Origin: Amoeboradix gromovi X-113
Taxonomy: Eukaryota > Fungi > Sanchytriomycota
Assembly (NCBI GenBank): GCA_018985225.1
Contig: JADGIF010000021.1
Span: forward strand, 6,365-38,364
Direction: 5' to 3'
DNA: 32,000 nucleotides
The notes under the pieces: generated by a model
The model's input: the letters and a program-made list of their open reading frames with translations, nothing else
The model's database searches: none
What the model was told of the DNA's origin: nothing
Made by a program: the position numbers and the translations under genes
In this document: one piece after another, positions 1 through 9,631 of the stretch
Numbering within the stretch: position 1 is the first letter of the stretch
Layout of the letters: the number at the start of each line of letters is the position of its first letter

Positions 1-1638
1 GCTGCTATAGTCTTCCTGTGTGTGTATCCCGAATGTCTTCAACTTCTTCGCCAATTTCTCTGCAATTGGTGATAGCTCCTGGTTATTAAATAGCGGCAAT
101 ACTGCGCATTGGACTGGAGCCATATGTGGGGCCATCTTAAATACGCTTCTCTTAGCATCGTTCACCCTGCTGTAGTAGGTCTGTTCCATTAAACCATATA
201 GAACCCGACCAAATCCAAAACTGGGCTCGATAATGTGTGGGATGATTTCTTCTACATGAACAACTTTTTTGACCATGTCAATTGATATCATCTTGGTGTC
301 TAGTTCGTATTCTCCAATAACGCATTTGCTATTCTGATCCAAGTCTAGTTTCATTTTCTTTAATTCAGATTGCTGAGCAGATTCCAGCAATACTTGGACA
401 TTCTTGGCATCCTTTTTAAATGATTTGCCGATAATATTCATTTTTACTTCCACCTGCAGTTCTTCAGTTGTCTTTGGAGTCTCCAACTTCTTGCGATAAA
501 CCAATTTCTCCCCTGTAGCTTCTGAATGCCGCGTCAAGTCGAAACAGCCTCTATCAGCTAGCCCTATGGCTTCAACCCACCCGTGGCTGGTCAATACTTC
601 AGTATCCCAGCAATCGTTTGCATAATGTGCCATTTCGTTGCTCATATGTTGTCTAAATCGGAAACCATTCAAAGGGTATCCAATAAATTGCAAAAACAAG
701 TGTATTCTTCCTAAATAATACCCGACTATTTCAGATTTAACGATTTTTGACTGAACAGCCTCCTGAATCGACATAGTCACCAAAGTGTCCAAACCTTGCT
801 GCTGCGTATGTGCATTAAGCAGTCGGATTTCAAGATGCTTGATAGTGGAAAACTTGGAATGAGACTTGTCTTCAGGGTCCACAAAATGCTCAATTTCACC
901 CATTAGGAATTCACGTACACGAAGAATACCAGAACGAGGAGATATTTCATTTCTAAAAGATTTGCCAATAGAACAACTGACAGGCAGTTCTTTTAGTTCG
1001 CTTAGTTTATTGAAATGCATGAACTGGGATTGTGCAGTCTCAGGTCTCATAAAAGCATTCACCGGGGTGATAAGTTTTTCAGACTTTTGAACAATGTCTG
1101 TGTCTACACCAAGACAGGTGCCAAACATAAGATTGAAAGCAATACAATGACTAAGAGGTTTACCAAGAGGAGAAGTAATTTGGTGGTCTGTAATTATTTT
1201 ATCAAAATCAGCATTGCTGAGGTTATCTAATTGGTTTAACAGCGTAGCGTACTTTGCATGATGTTCCTTGAACTGTTTACTTTCCAACCTTTCTTGAAAT
1301 ACTTGCTTAATCAAGTGGTCAACTCTAAATACATTTCCAGTTGATTTGGAATCATCCAACTCATAAATCATCCAGTCGCTAAATCGGTCTACATGACCAC
1401 TAGTCTTAAGTACTGAATATGGAGTAATACTGACAGTGTCTAACTCAAACATATTTTCTTCCACAATAAAGAACTTGCGAAACCAATAAATCAAGTTATT
1501 CATCAGCGGTGCACCTGCTGGACCATAATCAAAAAGTCCTTTATATCCACCATATATACCGAATGATGGATACACAAACTTTCGGGCTAATAAAATATCA
1601 AATTCCGAGCGGTTAAGATTCTTCAGAGGGTTTTGCAT
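1..1638 (-). CDS. GRS1: Glycine--tRNA ligase (alpha2 type), 3' end runs off the window
   Basis: Manual translation from ATG 1638: MQNPLKNL...FGIYGGYKGLFDYGPAG...LKTSGHVDRFSDWM...FNLMFGT...MRPETAQ...IGKSFRNEISPRSGILRVREFLMGEIEHFVDP, later MAHYANDCWD and IIEPSFGFGR. It is missing from the ORF track, probably because no stop codon lies inside the window. Confidence 0.95.
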   Translation of the reverse strand, partial: MQNPLKNLNRSEFDILLARKFVYPSFGIYGGYKGLFDYGPAGAPLMNNLIYWFRKFFIVEENMFELDTVSITPYSVLKTSGHVDRFSDWMIYELDDSKSTGNVFRVDHLIKQVFQERLESKQFKEHHAKYATLLNQLDNLSNADFDKIITDHQITSPLGKPLSHCIAFNLMFGTCLGVDTDIVQKSEKLITPVNAFMRPETAQSQFMHFNKLSELKELPVSCSIGKSFRNEISPRSGILRVREFLMGEIEHFVDPEDKSHSKFSTIKHLEIRLLNAHTQQQGLDTLVTMSIQEAVQSKIVKSEIVGYYLGRIHLFLQFIGYPLNGFRFRQHMSNEMAHYANDCWDTEVLTSHGWVEAIGLADRGCFDLTRHSEATGEKLVYRKKLETPKTTEELQVEVKMNIIGKSFKKDAKNVQVLLESAQQSELKKMKLDLDQNSKCVIGEYELDTKMISIDMVKKVVHVEEIIPHIIEPSFGFGRVLYGLMEQTYYSRVNDAKRSVFKMAPHMAPVQCAVLPLFNNQELSPIAEKLAKKLKTFGIHTQEDYSS

Positions 1639-1741
1639 GCGGATTCAAGGAGTTGCTCTGAAAATGATTTTTAATATTATTTTTCCATTTAAGTGAGCTG
1701 TCCGAATAGCAAAAATTGATGTAAAAGCTTCAATAATTTAC

Positions 1742-4700
1742 TCAAAAGTATATCCTGTATCTGTTCAATACATCACACATTTTAAATCTCATCAGTTCGT
1801 CATTTTCCATCCTAGTCATCATGACCATGCTTGGGTACATGTTCTTCCCTATTCTGTCAAATATATCATTCTCCATGTCCATCAAGTAGTCCATTACCAT
1901 CTCTATCGCACCCTTGACGGCATTTTTGCTCTTCTTCTCTTCCCCATCGACCATATAGGTTTGCATCAACCTCATAATAACACCTATAAGCCTCTCTTCC
2001 ATGTCTCTGTGCTTCACGATCAATTTCAATAGCAGTCTGATCAGGCTCATTATACTTGTTGTTTCCTGTTTGTGCAGATTAGGCCTTTGCTTCATAAACC
2101 CTGCCTTCCATAAATTAAATCGCAGTTCCTCATTTTCATTGAACTCATGAGCAAACTCCCAACTACTTTGCAGACAATCGCACATTTGTATTATACACTC
2201 CTTGTCCATTATGTTCGTAATATCCTCGAGCTTCATCATATCGTCTACCAGATGTATCAGCAGTAACTGCAACACGCACTGACTGATAACTTGCTGGAAT
2301 AATGTCAGGTCGGCTGAAGATGATGTTGGCGATGTTACAGTTGCTGCATTTGAGACTGCAGCTGGAGCCGATGCATCTGGTGACGCATTCGGTGTTGCTG
2401 ATTGTAAATGTGTAAAATGTGTAAACAGCTCATGTGCTGTCGTGTTTTTAAATAAATCCACCATTAAAGCACCTATTAATTCCCATTTTATATTCTTGTA
2501 ATTGTTGGATATCAGGCTCATTAAACAGCTCGTTCCCAATCTGGCTATTACCTCGTTCTCGTGCAATATGCACTGTTTCAGCAGTGTCAGCATCATGTCC
2601 AATTCCTCTTCTAACTCATTGTAGTACTTGCTATACAACTCAACATGACTTCGCAGAATTGTGGTAAACGTAGTTGATAGCCATATTACCCTGTTCTCAT
2701 CATTATCGTTGCTTAGCTCGTCAAATAATGGCTGTAGTAGTCGTATCAGTGACTTGAGTCCACTTGTATTGTTTAAATAGTCATATAAAATAGATACACC
2801 GCGCTGTCGCACTTCTAAGTCGCATGATATAATTATGGTACAGAGTGAGACTACTATAGATGACTTTTCTAAAATGCCCTGATCATCTGATTCTTCTGCG
2901 GGTATGCTGGCATTACTTTGTTGTACAGTCTTCTGCCGTGTAATCTGCCGAATCAGCTCAATTGCTTGAAGTGATATTTTGGGCAGCTCAGTGTGTTTGC
3001 AATAACATGCGATGGTTGTCAAGTAGTCTGAATATGCCCCATTTGATATTACAAGCTCTAAATAACCCATTATTCTCTTTACAGTCTCGAATCCTAATAC
3101 AATGCATTCTATCGGCATATCCTGTTGTAGTATCAACAGTATCATACCCCATCCACTTTTCAAATTGCTGTATTTTCCCTGTACAAACAAATCCATGCAT
3201 TCTACAATAAACGATTTTAGTTCTGCATGCTTGCATTGCTGTAAAATCAATAAAAATGGTTTCATAAACGTGGCCTGGAATTTAAATCCCTCAACCTCTA
3301 CAAGGTCAAGAAATTTAAATGCCAACTGCCTTAATGAGTCTATGGCAAATTGGCAATGCTGTATGTTATCAAGCATTGTCATCTCTACAAAATAGTTGCC
3401 CAGGATACCCCATAACTGGGTCCATTCTACTTTGATTCTGTTCATGTTATATATGCTAATCTCCACTAGCTTGCTACATGCGTACAGCAAATCATGCTTT
3501 AATTCATCTTTACTTATCACACACATTTGAGTTATAAATTCGACAATGTTGATTGCGTTTAGTTGACTTGTAGATTGCCACAATTTGTCAATTGCTACAC
3601 TAATACTGTTTGTTGCATTGTTCACATTACCAATTCCATTACTGTTGTTATGTGTACTTATTATGGTAGTTAGTATTATATACCAATTGCCCTGCAAGTA
3701 ATCACCCTCTCTGATTGCGATTGCTATAAATGCTTCAATTATCAGAGGATTTTTACTGCAGTATTTGCTCAAGGTTGTGACGAATGCATTTAGCTCCACT
3801 AGTAGCTGGTATTTACAAGCTATATGTATGGAATGCTGAATGCCTAGCAATGCATCATTCAACACAGATGTGTTATTGGAGTATTGCAAAGCATGACTGT
3901 AAGTATGCAAAAGAGAAGTCCAAACTAACAAAAACATATCTCTAACATGATCTGGATGGCTAGCAGTAATATAAATTGAATTAGCAGGTAATACTAATGA
4001 GGTAGCGCTAGATGGGGTACTGGTGATTGATTTGGATGGACTATGGACAGGGGTAGTAGCAGAAGCGCTGTTACCATTAGGAGTAGTATTGGCATTGTTT
4101 GCACCGGAAGGTGATGTAGAAGTGGCATACTTGACATCCAATCTTTTAAATTCCTTTTCGATAGCACTTGTCTCATTTATAACTAGAGATTCCTGCTGTT
4201 TTTGACCTGGAACAAATCCTTGCACTTGAATTGGTTTGACTTTGTCATCTAACTTGATTTCATTATCTAATATGTCGTAATACATTTCAGTTAGTATTGT
4301 TGGATTGATATCATGGCCATCATCAATTCCCCTGTTATTCTTAATAAAATCTTCCAGGCTCATCTTCTTTTTCACTTGAGGGTTGTGGAGATCTGTATTG
4401 AGTAGAATAATGGAATATGCTAGAATGTAGGCAGTGTCAGCATTCGCAAAGAGTTGATTAAATGTCGTAAAACGATCGGCAAACTTGAGCATTAATCTGT
4501 CAATCTTTTGCGCTTCACCAGGCAGCCTAAACTTGGACAAAAGCAGCCTGAGAGCACTAAGAAACGATAAACCAGTAAAATCATAAAAATCGATGAATTG
4601 TCGCATTATTTCAGTGTTTTCTAATTCGCCCAAGTAATCACCAAGAGCAGTTAAAGACAGCTGATGACCGTTATGAAATAAAACCTTTGCAATACTTGCC

Positions 4701-5809
4701 GGCGTATTGTCAGGAATACAATTGTTACTTACAAGGAACTGTATGCCATGCTTTGGTTTGACATTAAACTTCTTTAGACCTTGTTCGAGAATAGACTTGA
4801 ATTGCTTTTGATGTATTGCATGATCTATGGCTTGTTGCTCTATGGGTAGCGGTGTGTTAGACCAATTGACCCACTGCTCCAATAAGATGGACAAATGATT
4901 CAAGCAATAAGTTCTTAACTGGTTTGGGGTAAATGGTACAACAGTAGAAGCCGGATAGAAAGGCTCTACCAATGCAGGATATGGCTCGTAGTCCGAGTGG
5001 TTAGTTATTGTTTTGTTAAAAAATAAAATTAGTTTTTCAAATAAGTTTATCTGCATTGTTGGATTACAGTCATAGTTGATATAAAACTCAATCCAATACT
5101 TGACATTTATGGTGGATAAAACATGGATCGAATGCTCATTGATTTGATTTAAAAGTAGCTTGAAATACACCTCAAAATGGTGCGGATATACTGGAAGCAA
5201 GGAGATGGTATGTTGTAAAATATATGTGGAGAGGATAGAGTTTATAGGGGAACGAGTTAGATTGATAGTCATTGGAAGCAGAATATTGTAGTTTATAAAC
5301 TGCTGTTTTGAAAGGAATAAAATTGAGAACAAACATAAATCATCGGGATATTTGCAGCTTAATTTACATAACACTAGCAGGATTGCATTATAGTAAGGGA
5401 CAAGCTCTTGGTTATTGTCTGAGGGTTGTGTGAGTTGAAGAAACAAGGCACCCATTTGAGATGAATTGGACTGCTTGTACAACGCATACAACTTGCGCAT
5501 TAAAAATAACAGAGCATCTATATCATTTGGGGAGAAATGTTGAAGATGGGATTTTATATTCAAATGAATAAATTGACCCATTAAAATCATTTCATTCGGT
5601 TTCAAAAGCAGCTCGGCGTTTAGAATGTCCTCAATGTAGGCTTGGGAAATTTTATCAACTTGAGCGTATTTAACAAGGACATCAAGGAATAGCTGTGGGT
5701 TCTGGGAGAGATTGTCCTTGATTGACTGTAGTATCTCTTGCTTTTGAGAAGGATACTCGAACTTCTTATTCAAATGAGTATTCAATTTAAGTAAAGAAGA
5801 TTGAAACAT
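1742..5809 (-). CDS. SEC7: Large ARF guanine-nucleotide exchange factor, Sec7/BIG family (about 1355 aa)
   Basis: Sec7 domain motifs FNVKPKHGI, FRLPGEAQKIDRLMLKFA and YILAYSIILLNTDLHNPQVKKKM; HDS-region motifs KLVEISIYNMNRIKVEW, FAIDSLRQLAFKFL, NLKSGW and LWKAGFMKQRPNL. The start was moved to ATG 5809 because the track start (5872) overlaps the redoxin gene. Confidence 0.93.
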   Translation of the reverse strand: MFQSSLLKLNTHLNKKFEYPSQKQEILQSIKDNLSQNPQLFLDVLVKYAQVDKISQAYIEDILNAELLLKPNEMILMGQFIHLNIKSHLQHFSPNDIDALLFLMRKLYALYKQSNSSQMGALFLQLTQPSDNNQELVPYYNAILLVLCKLSCKYPDDLCLFSILFLSKQQFINYNILLPMTINLTRSPINSILSTYILQHTISLLPVYPHHFEVYFKLLLNQINEHSIHVLSTINVKYWIEFYINYDCNPTMQINLFEKLILFFNKTITNHSDYEPYPALVEPFYPASTVVPFTPNQLRTYCLNHLSILLEQWVNWSNTPLPIEQQAIDHAIHQKQFKSILEQGLKKFNVKPKHGIQFLVSNNCIPDNTPASIAKVLFHNGHQLSLTALGDYLGELENTEIMRQFIDFYDFTGLSFLSALRLLLSKFRLPGEAQKIDRLMLKFADRFTTFNQLFANADTAYILAYSIILLNTDLHNPQVKKKMSLEDFIKNNRGIDDGHDINPTILTEMYYDILDNEIKLDDKVKPIQVQGFVPGQKQQESLVINETSAIEKEFKRLDVKYATSTSPSGANNANTTPNGNSASATTPVHSPSKSITSTPSSATSLVLPANSIYITASHPDHVRDMFLLVWTSLLHTYSHALQYSNNTSVLNDALLGIQHSIHIACKYQLLVELNAFVTTLSKYCSKNPLIIEAFIAIAIREGDYLQGNWYIILTTIISTHNNSNGIGNVNNATNSISVAIDKLWQSTSQLNAINIVEFITQMCVISKDELKHDLLYACSKLVEISIYNMNRIKVEWTQLWGILGNYFVEMTMLDNIQHCQFAIDSLRQLAFKFLDLVEVEGFKFQATFMKPFLLILQQCKHAELKSFIVECMDLFVQGKYSNLKSGWGMILLILQQDMPIECIVLGFETVKRIMGYLELVISNGAYSDYLTTIACYCKHTELPKISLQAIELIRQITRQKTVQQSNASIPAEESDDQGILEKSSIVVSLCTIIISCDLEVRQRGVSILYDYLNNTSGLKSLIRLLQPLFDELSNDNDENRVIWLSTTFTTILRSHVELYSKYYNELEEELDMMLTLLKQCILHENEVIARLGTSCLMSLISNNYKNIKWELIGALMVDLFKNTTAHELFTHFTHLQSATPNASPDASAPAAVSNAATVTSPTSSSADLTLFQQVISQCVLQLLLIHLVDDMMKLEDITNIMDKECIIQMCDCLQSSWEFAHEFNENEELRFNLWKAGFMKQRPNLHKQETTSIMSLIRLLLKLIVKHRDMEERLIGVIMRLMQTYMVDGEEKKSKNAVKGAIEMVMDYLMDMENDIFDRIGKNMYPSMVMMTRMENDELMRFKMCDVLNRYRIYF

Positions 5810-5825
5810 TGCACTAAAAATTAAT

Positions 5826-6408
5826 TTATTTTGGTATAAAAGCAAGCAATTCTTCGACGGTCCATTGATCATAAATGTTCTTGCCGTAATGGATGGCTAA
5901 AACTTTACCAGTGCCTGTATCAATGATCGAATCCATTGGTTTAGATTTATGACCATGATTATCACCCTTGCGTTTAAATTTTGAGACAAATTTCTTGCCT
6001 TGAGCTATGGCTTTAAGAATGCGAGGCGAAGGAATGGAAAATGAGCTAGCTTCCTTAGTTCCGAATAATTTATATAACGTCTTTTCCGGATCTCCAACAA
6101 AATTTAAGCCGCGAGACCATTCTTGTTCACCTTGATTCTCCAGAATGATCTCCGGTTCTGAGTGTAGAACTATAATCTCTCGCAAGCCTGCTTTTTCAAT
6201 CTCTGGCAACTTGTTCGCAATAAACCTCATGTGAACCTTAATTAATTGTAAATACATTGCACAAGGGACAACCTGAAAATCGTCTTAGTTGAAAATGTAC
6301 AAGCCCACTTCCTCCCTTTAACAGTATAACTTCATTTTTGATGGTTGTGATCCTGTCTATTGGGACAAACTCACCAACTTTAATTTGCGTCATAAATGTT
6401 TCACTCAT
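5826..6408 (-). CDS. AhpC/TSA-like (peroxiredoxin-like) CxxC redoxin, bacterial type; 2 exons (6408-6256, 6236-5826)
   Basis: The spliced product reads LVHFQLRRFSGCPLCN|VHMR...AGLREIIVLHS...FVGDPEKTLYKLFG...HYGKNIYDQWTVEELL. The start is ATG 6408 or 6393. Confidence 0.85.
6237..6255 (-). other. 19-nt spliceosomal intron in the redoxin gene
   Basis: GTATTTACAATTAATTAAG. Removal joins two track ORFs into CPLCN-VHMR. Confidence 0.85.
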
Positions 6409-7806
6409 ATCTGGTACTTCAAAATAAATAATCAAGCAATTTCAGATTGCGCTCTAATCAGATCGAGTCTAATTTAAGGTAATCCTCATTTCGTCATCAA
6501 TTTCTGTAGACTGCATACTGGTTCAATGATTGCTCACTGTAAAATATAGTGGCACCATTAATAACTTAACAAGGCTAAGTAAATATGCAGAAATTAGTCT
6601 GTTTTAAAACCGCAAGTCCTGTATTATCTCAGTTACTCGATACTCAAACAAGAAACAAAATACATGAAACTTGGGAAGCTTCAAATACTTGATTAAGCTT
6701 TCATTACGTTCCACTGGTGTTTTATTTTTTACATTTATAAACAAAATTATTTACAAGATTCGCTGGTGTATCAAATAGTAGACCATATTTTCCAACCTGA
6801 AGAAATTTCAGGTCCCAGAAATGGTCTATAGCGATTTCACTGGAAACTCTTTTCAAGTAACTGCTGCTTCTTTTTACCTCGACTAGTAATAAACTTGCAC
6901 AATTTTTTCTATTCTGCACCCTAGTTTATGTTGTGAATATTTGTTACTAACGATAGAGGTATAGTATTTTCTTTCTATAGCAGAAGTAGTCTTTTTGCAG
7001 ATATTAGCTACATATTACATTGCATTTTTTATTTGGTAACTTCTCATTAAAGTCCTAATTTACCAGAAAATCAAGAATTTCCACAGAAGAAACTGACAAA
7101 GCCGGTGACTTCCCTTACAGTGGCTACTTACGCTTCAACTACCCGAGGCAAGATTGAATAAGCATGCATATACTTCAAGTGTATCTTACTTGTCAGCATA
7201 TAGCCTCTGCCTGCTCTCAGAGAACAATTTGTACACTTGTATCTCTCCAACTTGGTTATCTTCATACCTCCGCACATCTTGTGCATGTTTGGCTATTAAA
7301 TGTTATATTACAGTACATCAATGTCTTTTTTTTAAATTTAAAGGGCGGAAGAACTTAATAACGGTATATCTTTCTTGTCATTGAGATTCCTGTTCTTATG
7401 GCACTCGTGGAGTAGTTTCTAGGTCTGCAAGATTGTATTCAGTACCTGCCAACAACATTTTTAAAATTCGGTATATTCAGGATCAGACGACTTGGAACCA
7501 TTTGCATTGAAGAGAAGCAAGAATGTCGATTGCTATGCAACTAGAATAATCTAGCGTGTGTGTATCGGAGCGTCACGGCTTCTATAATCACGATAAACGA
7601 CTTATTCAGCAAAATGTAGAGCTAAAATAGCATGCATCTGGACATTTAAGTCAATTGACAATACGAGGCAAAAAATGAAACCATACAAACATAGGTATGA
7701 ACAGTAATTAAAATTCTGCCAAGATATTAACGTTTATACAAGTAGAAATCAATTGTATTGGAATGCTTGTGATGTAAAATTCAGATTATCAATTTACTTA
7801 ATACGT

Positions 7807-8829
7807 TCATCCTCTATATGCATCAAACGAAGTGTATATGGATACAGTAAACATGTTCAATAAAGATGAGTTCTGTATTTGCTGGCAGTATACAGACTGT
7901 GGTTTATTTATTTGCTTACATTCTTTAACTATGAACGGCAATAGTTTGGCAAATGGTAAGCAGTCTGCTTTAATGCTTGCAAAGTACACCTCCATTTGAG
8001 ATTCTAATGCATTGAATGTAACATCAAATAGCTGCGATAAAACGACATAAAAATCTTTGCTACATCAATAAGTAAGCCACCTATCTATAACATCATACAG
8101 CTCATTATTCAGCTGATGAATATTCACAATTGAGTCATCCTTTAGCTCATTCAACTTTTCGCGACTTGGTAGGATTATTTGCTTGAACTCGTATATGTTC
8201 TGATGAACCTCAATACTTTCACGCATTTCCTGTATCAGCTTATGTAAATCTTTAATGGAAACCGCCTGATTCAGCTCCAAATCATCAACACGCTTTAATG
8301 CATTCTGAATGTTTAAATTTTTCCATCCCTCTTCAAATACAAATTGAGACTTTTCCAAGAATACATTCTGACTCTTTTTATCTGTAAATTTAATTTTAGA
8401 GTCATTCAACTCGCCTACGCTCTGTAAATAAGTGTACTTCCCAATAATATTCATCTGAACATGAACTAACAAACTAAGAGCACAAGTAGCGTATAATTTA
8501 ATAAAAAGTTTTTCCATGCATTTCGACTTGAACAGTTTCCAAGCAGTCAACTTATCCACATAGTTTCCGTCAATTAAAACCTGTTGTGAATTTTTAAATT
8601 GGCTCAAAGATTGAAGATAAAGCTCTAAATCTATATCATCTATAGTCATCATGGACAGTAACTGGTCAATTGTGAATTGAGAATCTTGCTTAAAGTGTTT
8701 GTACCTTCTGCTAATGTTGGCCTCATAATTGGTAGCTAGTAGTTCAGATTTCAGTTTGGTCTTTGTGTAGACTATTGCACCGTAAAGACATAGCGGAATC
8801 AAAATATAACGTTTTTTAAGAAACCACAT
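7807..8829 (-). CDS. PEX3: Peroxin-3-like protein; 2 exons (8829-8081, 8059-7807), 333 aa
   Basis: Basic N-terminus plus TM segment (MWFLKKRYILIPLCLYG), NISRRYKHFKQD, KLTAWKLFK, LLVHVQMNIIGKYTYL, and after splicing LYDVIDSKDFYVVL and LPFAKLLP. Confidence 0.8.
8060..8080 (-). other. 21-nt intron in PEX3, containing an in-frame TGA
   Basis: GTGGCTTACTTATTGATGTAG. Removal gives D-S-K-D-F (similar to Pex3 'ESPDF') and continues in frame into ORF 7807-7995. Confidence 0.75.
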
Positions 8830-8865
8830 TTTATCCTCTTGTTTTAAAGAGAATATTTACTAATT

Positions 8866-9588
8866 TTAAGTTCTTTCCATAACCTCTTCGTACTCACCAA
8901 AACCTAGACATTGATCCATTGAAAGTATTAAATCCTCAATTGTCTCTTCATCTCTGTAATCAACTGGAATCCATTGTAAATCCACATGGTCCTGTAAAAC
9001 GGTTGCCAGTTTTTGTGTGAAGGAATCTTTTGCTTCTGGAGTTTCTTCCATATACCTTCGGTACTCGGGTAATAAATCACATTTTGTAAGCACATTGAGA
9101 TGTGGTAGTCCCATAAGCATCATACTACTTAGTGCATTTAATTGAATACTCCAATAATGATGCGGACTTGTCAGATGGTGTGCCTCTGTTAAATGAACGA
9201 CTAGTTGCTGATATCCCATTTGTTCAAGCAACTTAACAAGTCTTGGCATTAGATTTAGATGTGTATATAGTTCGATTTGACCCGGACAGTCAACTATCAA
9301 AAAATCGTTTTCAAAGTTGAATTTCTCATGAATCCAATCGGAGTTCTCTAACAAATACTCATAGCAATAAATCAATGCACCATTTGGCCCCAGTCCTAAT
9401 TCCTCCATAACATCATCCACCCGAATCAGATCTCTAATATCAACACTACATTGATAATCTATATTTTCTACTGCCGGATCCATATTAATAGCATGGCAGT
9501 ATCTGGTTTTAAAGTATTCCATCATTTCCTTAACAAAAGTGGACTTTCCTGCACCTGCAGTTCCCACACAATAAATCAAATATTTCAT
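8866..9588 (-). CDS. GPN3: GPN-loop GTPase 3
   Basis: GTAGAGKST, NMDPA, GLGPNGALIYCYEYL, DCPGQIELYTH, PHLNVLTKCDL. Confidence 0.93.
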   Translation of the reverse strand: MKYLIYCVGTAGAGKSTFVKEMMEYFKTRYCHAINMDPAVENIDYQCSVDIRDLIRVDDVMEELGLGPNGALIYCYEYLLENSDWIHEKFNFENDFLIVDCPGQIELYTHLNLMPRLVKLLEQMGYQQLVVHLTEAHHLTSPHHYWSIQLNALSSMMLMGLPHLNVLTKCDLLPEYRRYMEETPEAKDSFTQKLATVLQDHVDLQWIPVDYRDEETIEDLILSMDQCLGFGEYEEVMERT

Positions 9589-9631
9589 TGTGTATCCGAA
9601 CTAACCCCTCGTTACTCTTTTATTCTTCAAC

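Noticed and set aside
5810-5872. Sec7 N-terminal extension or upstream exon (TTTTAG just before the ATG)
   Set aside because: It overlaps the redoxin CDS on the same strand, there is no GT donor at a suitable distance, and the -6 A is missing.
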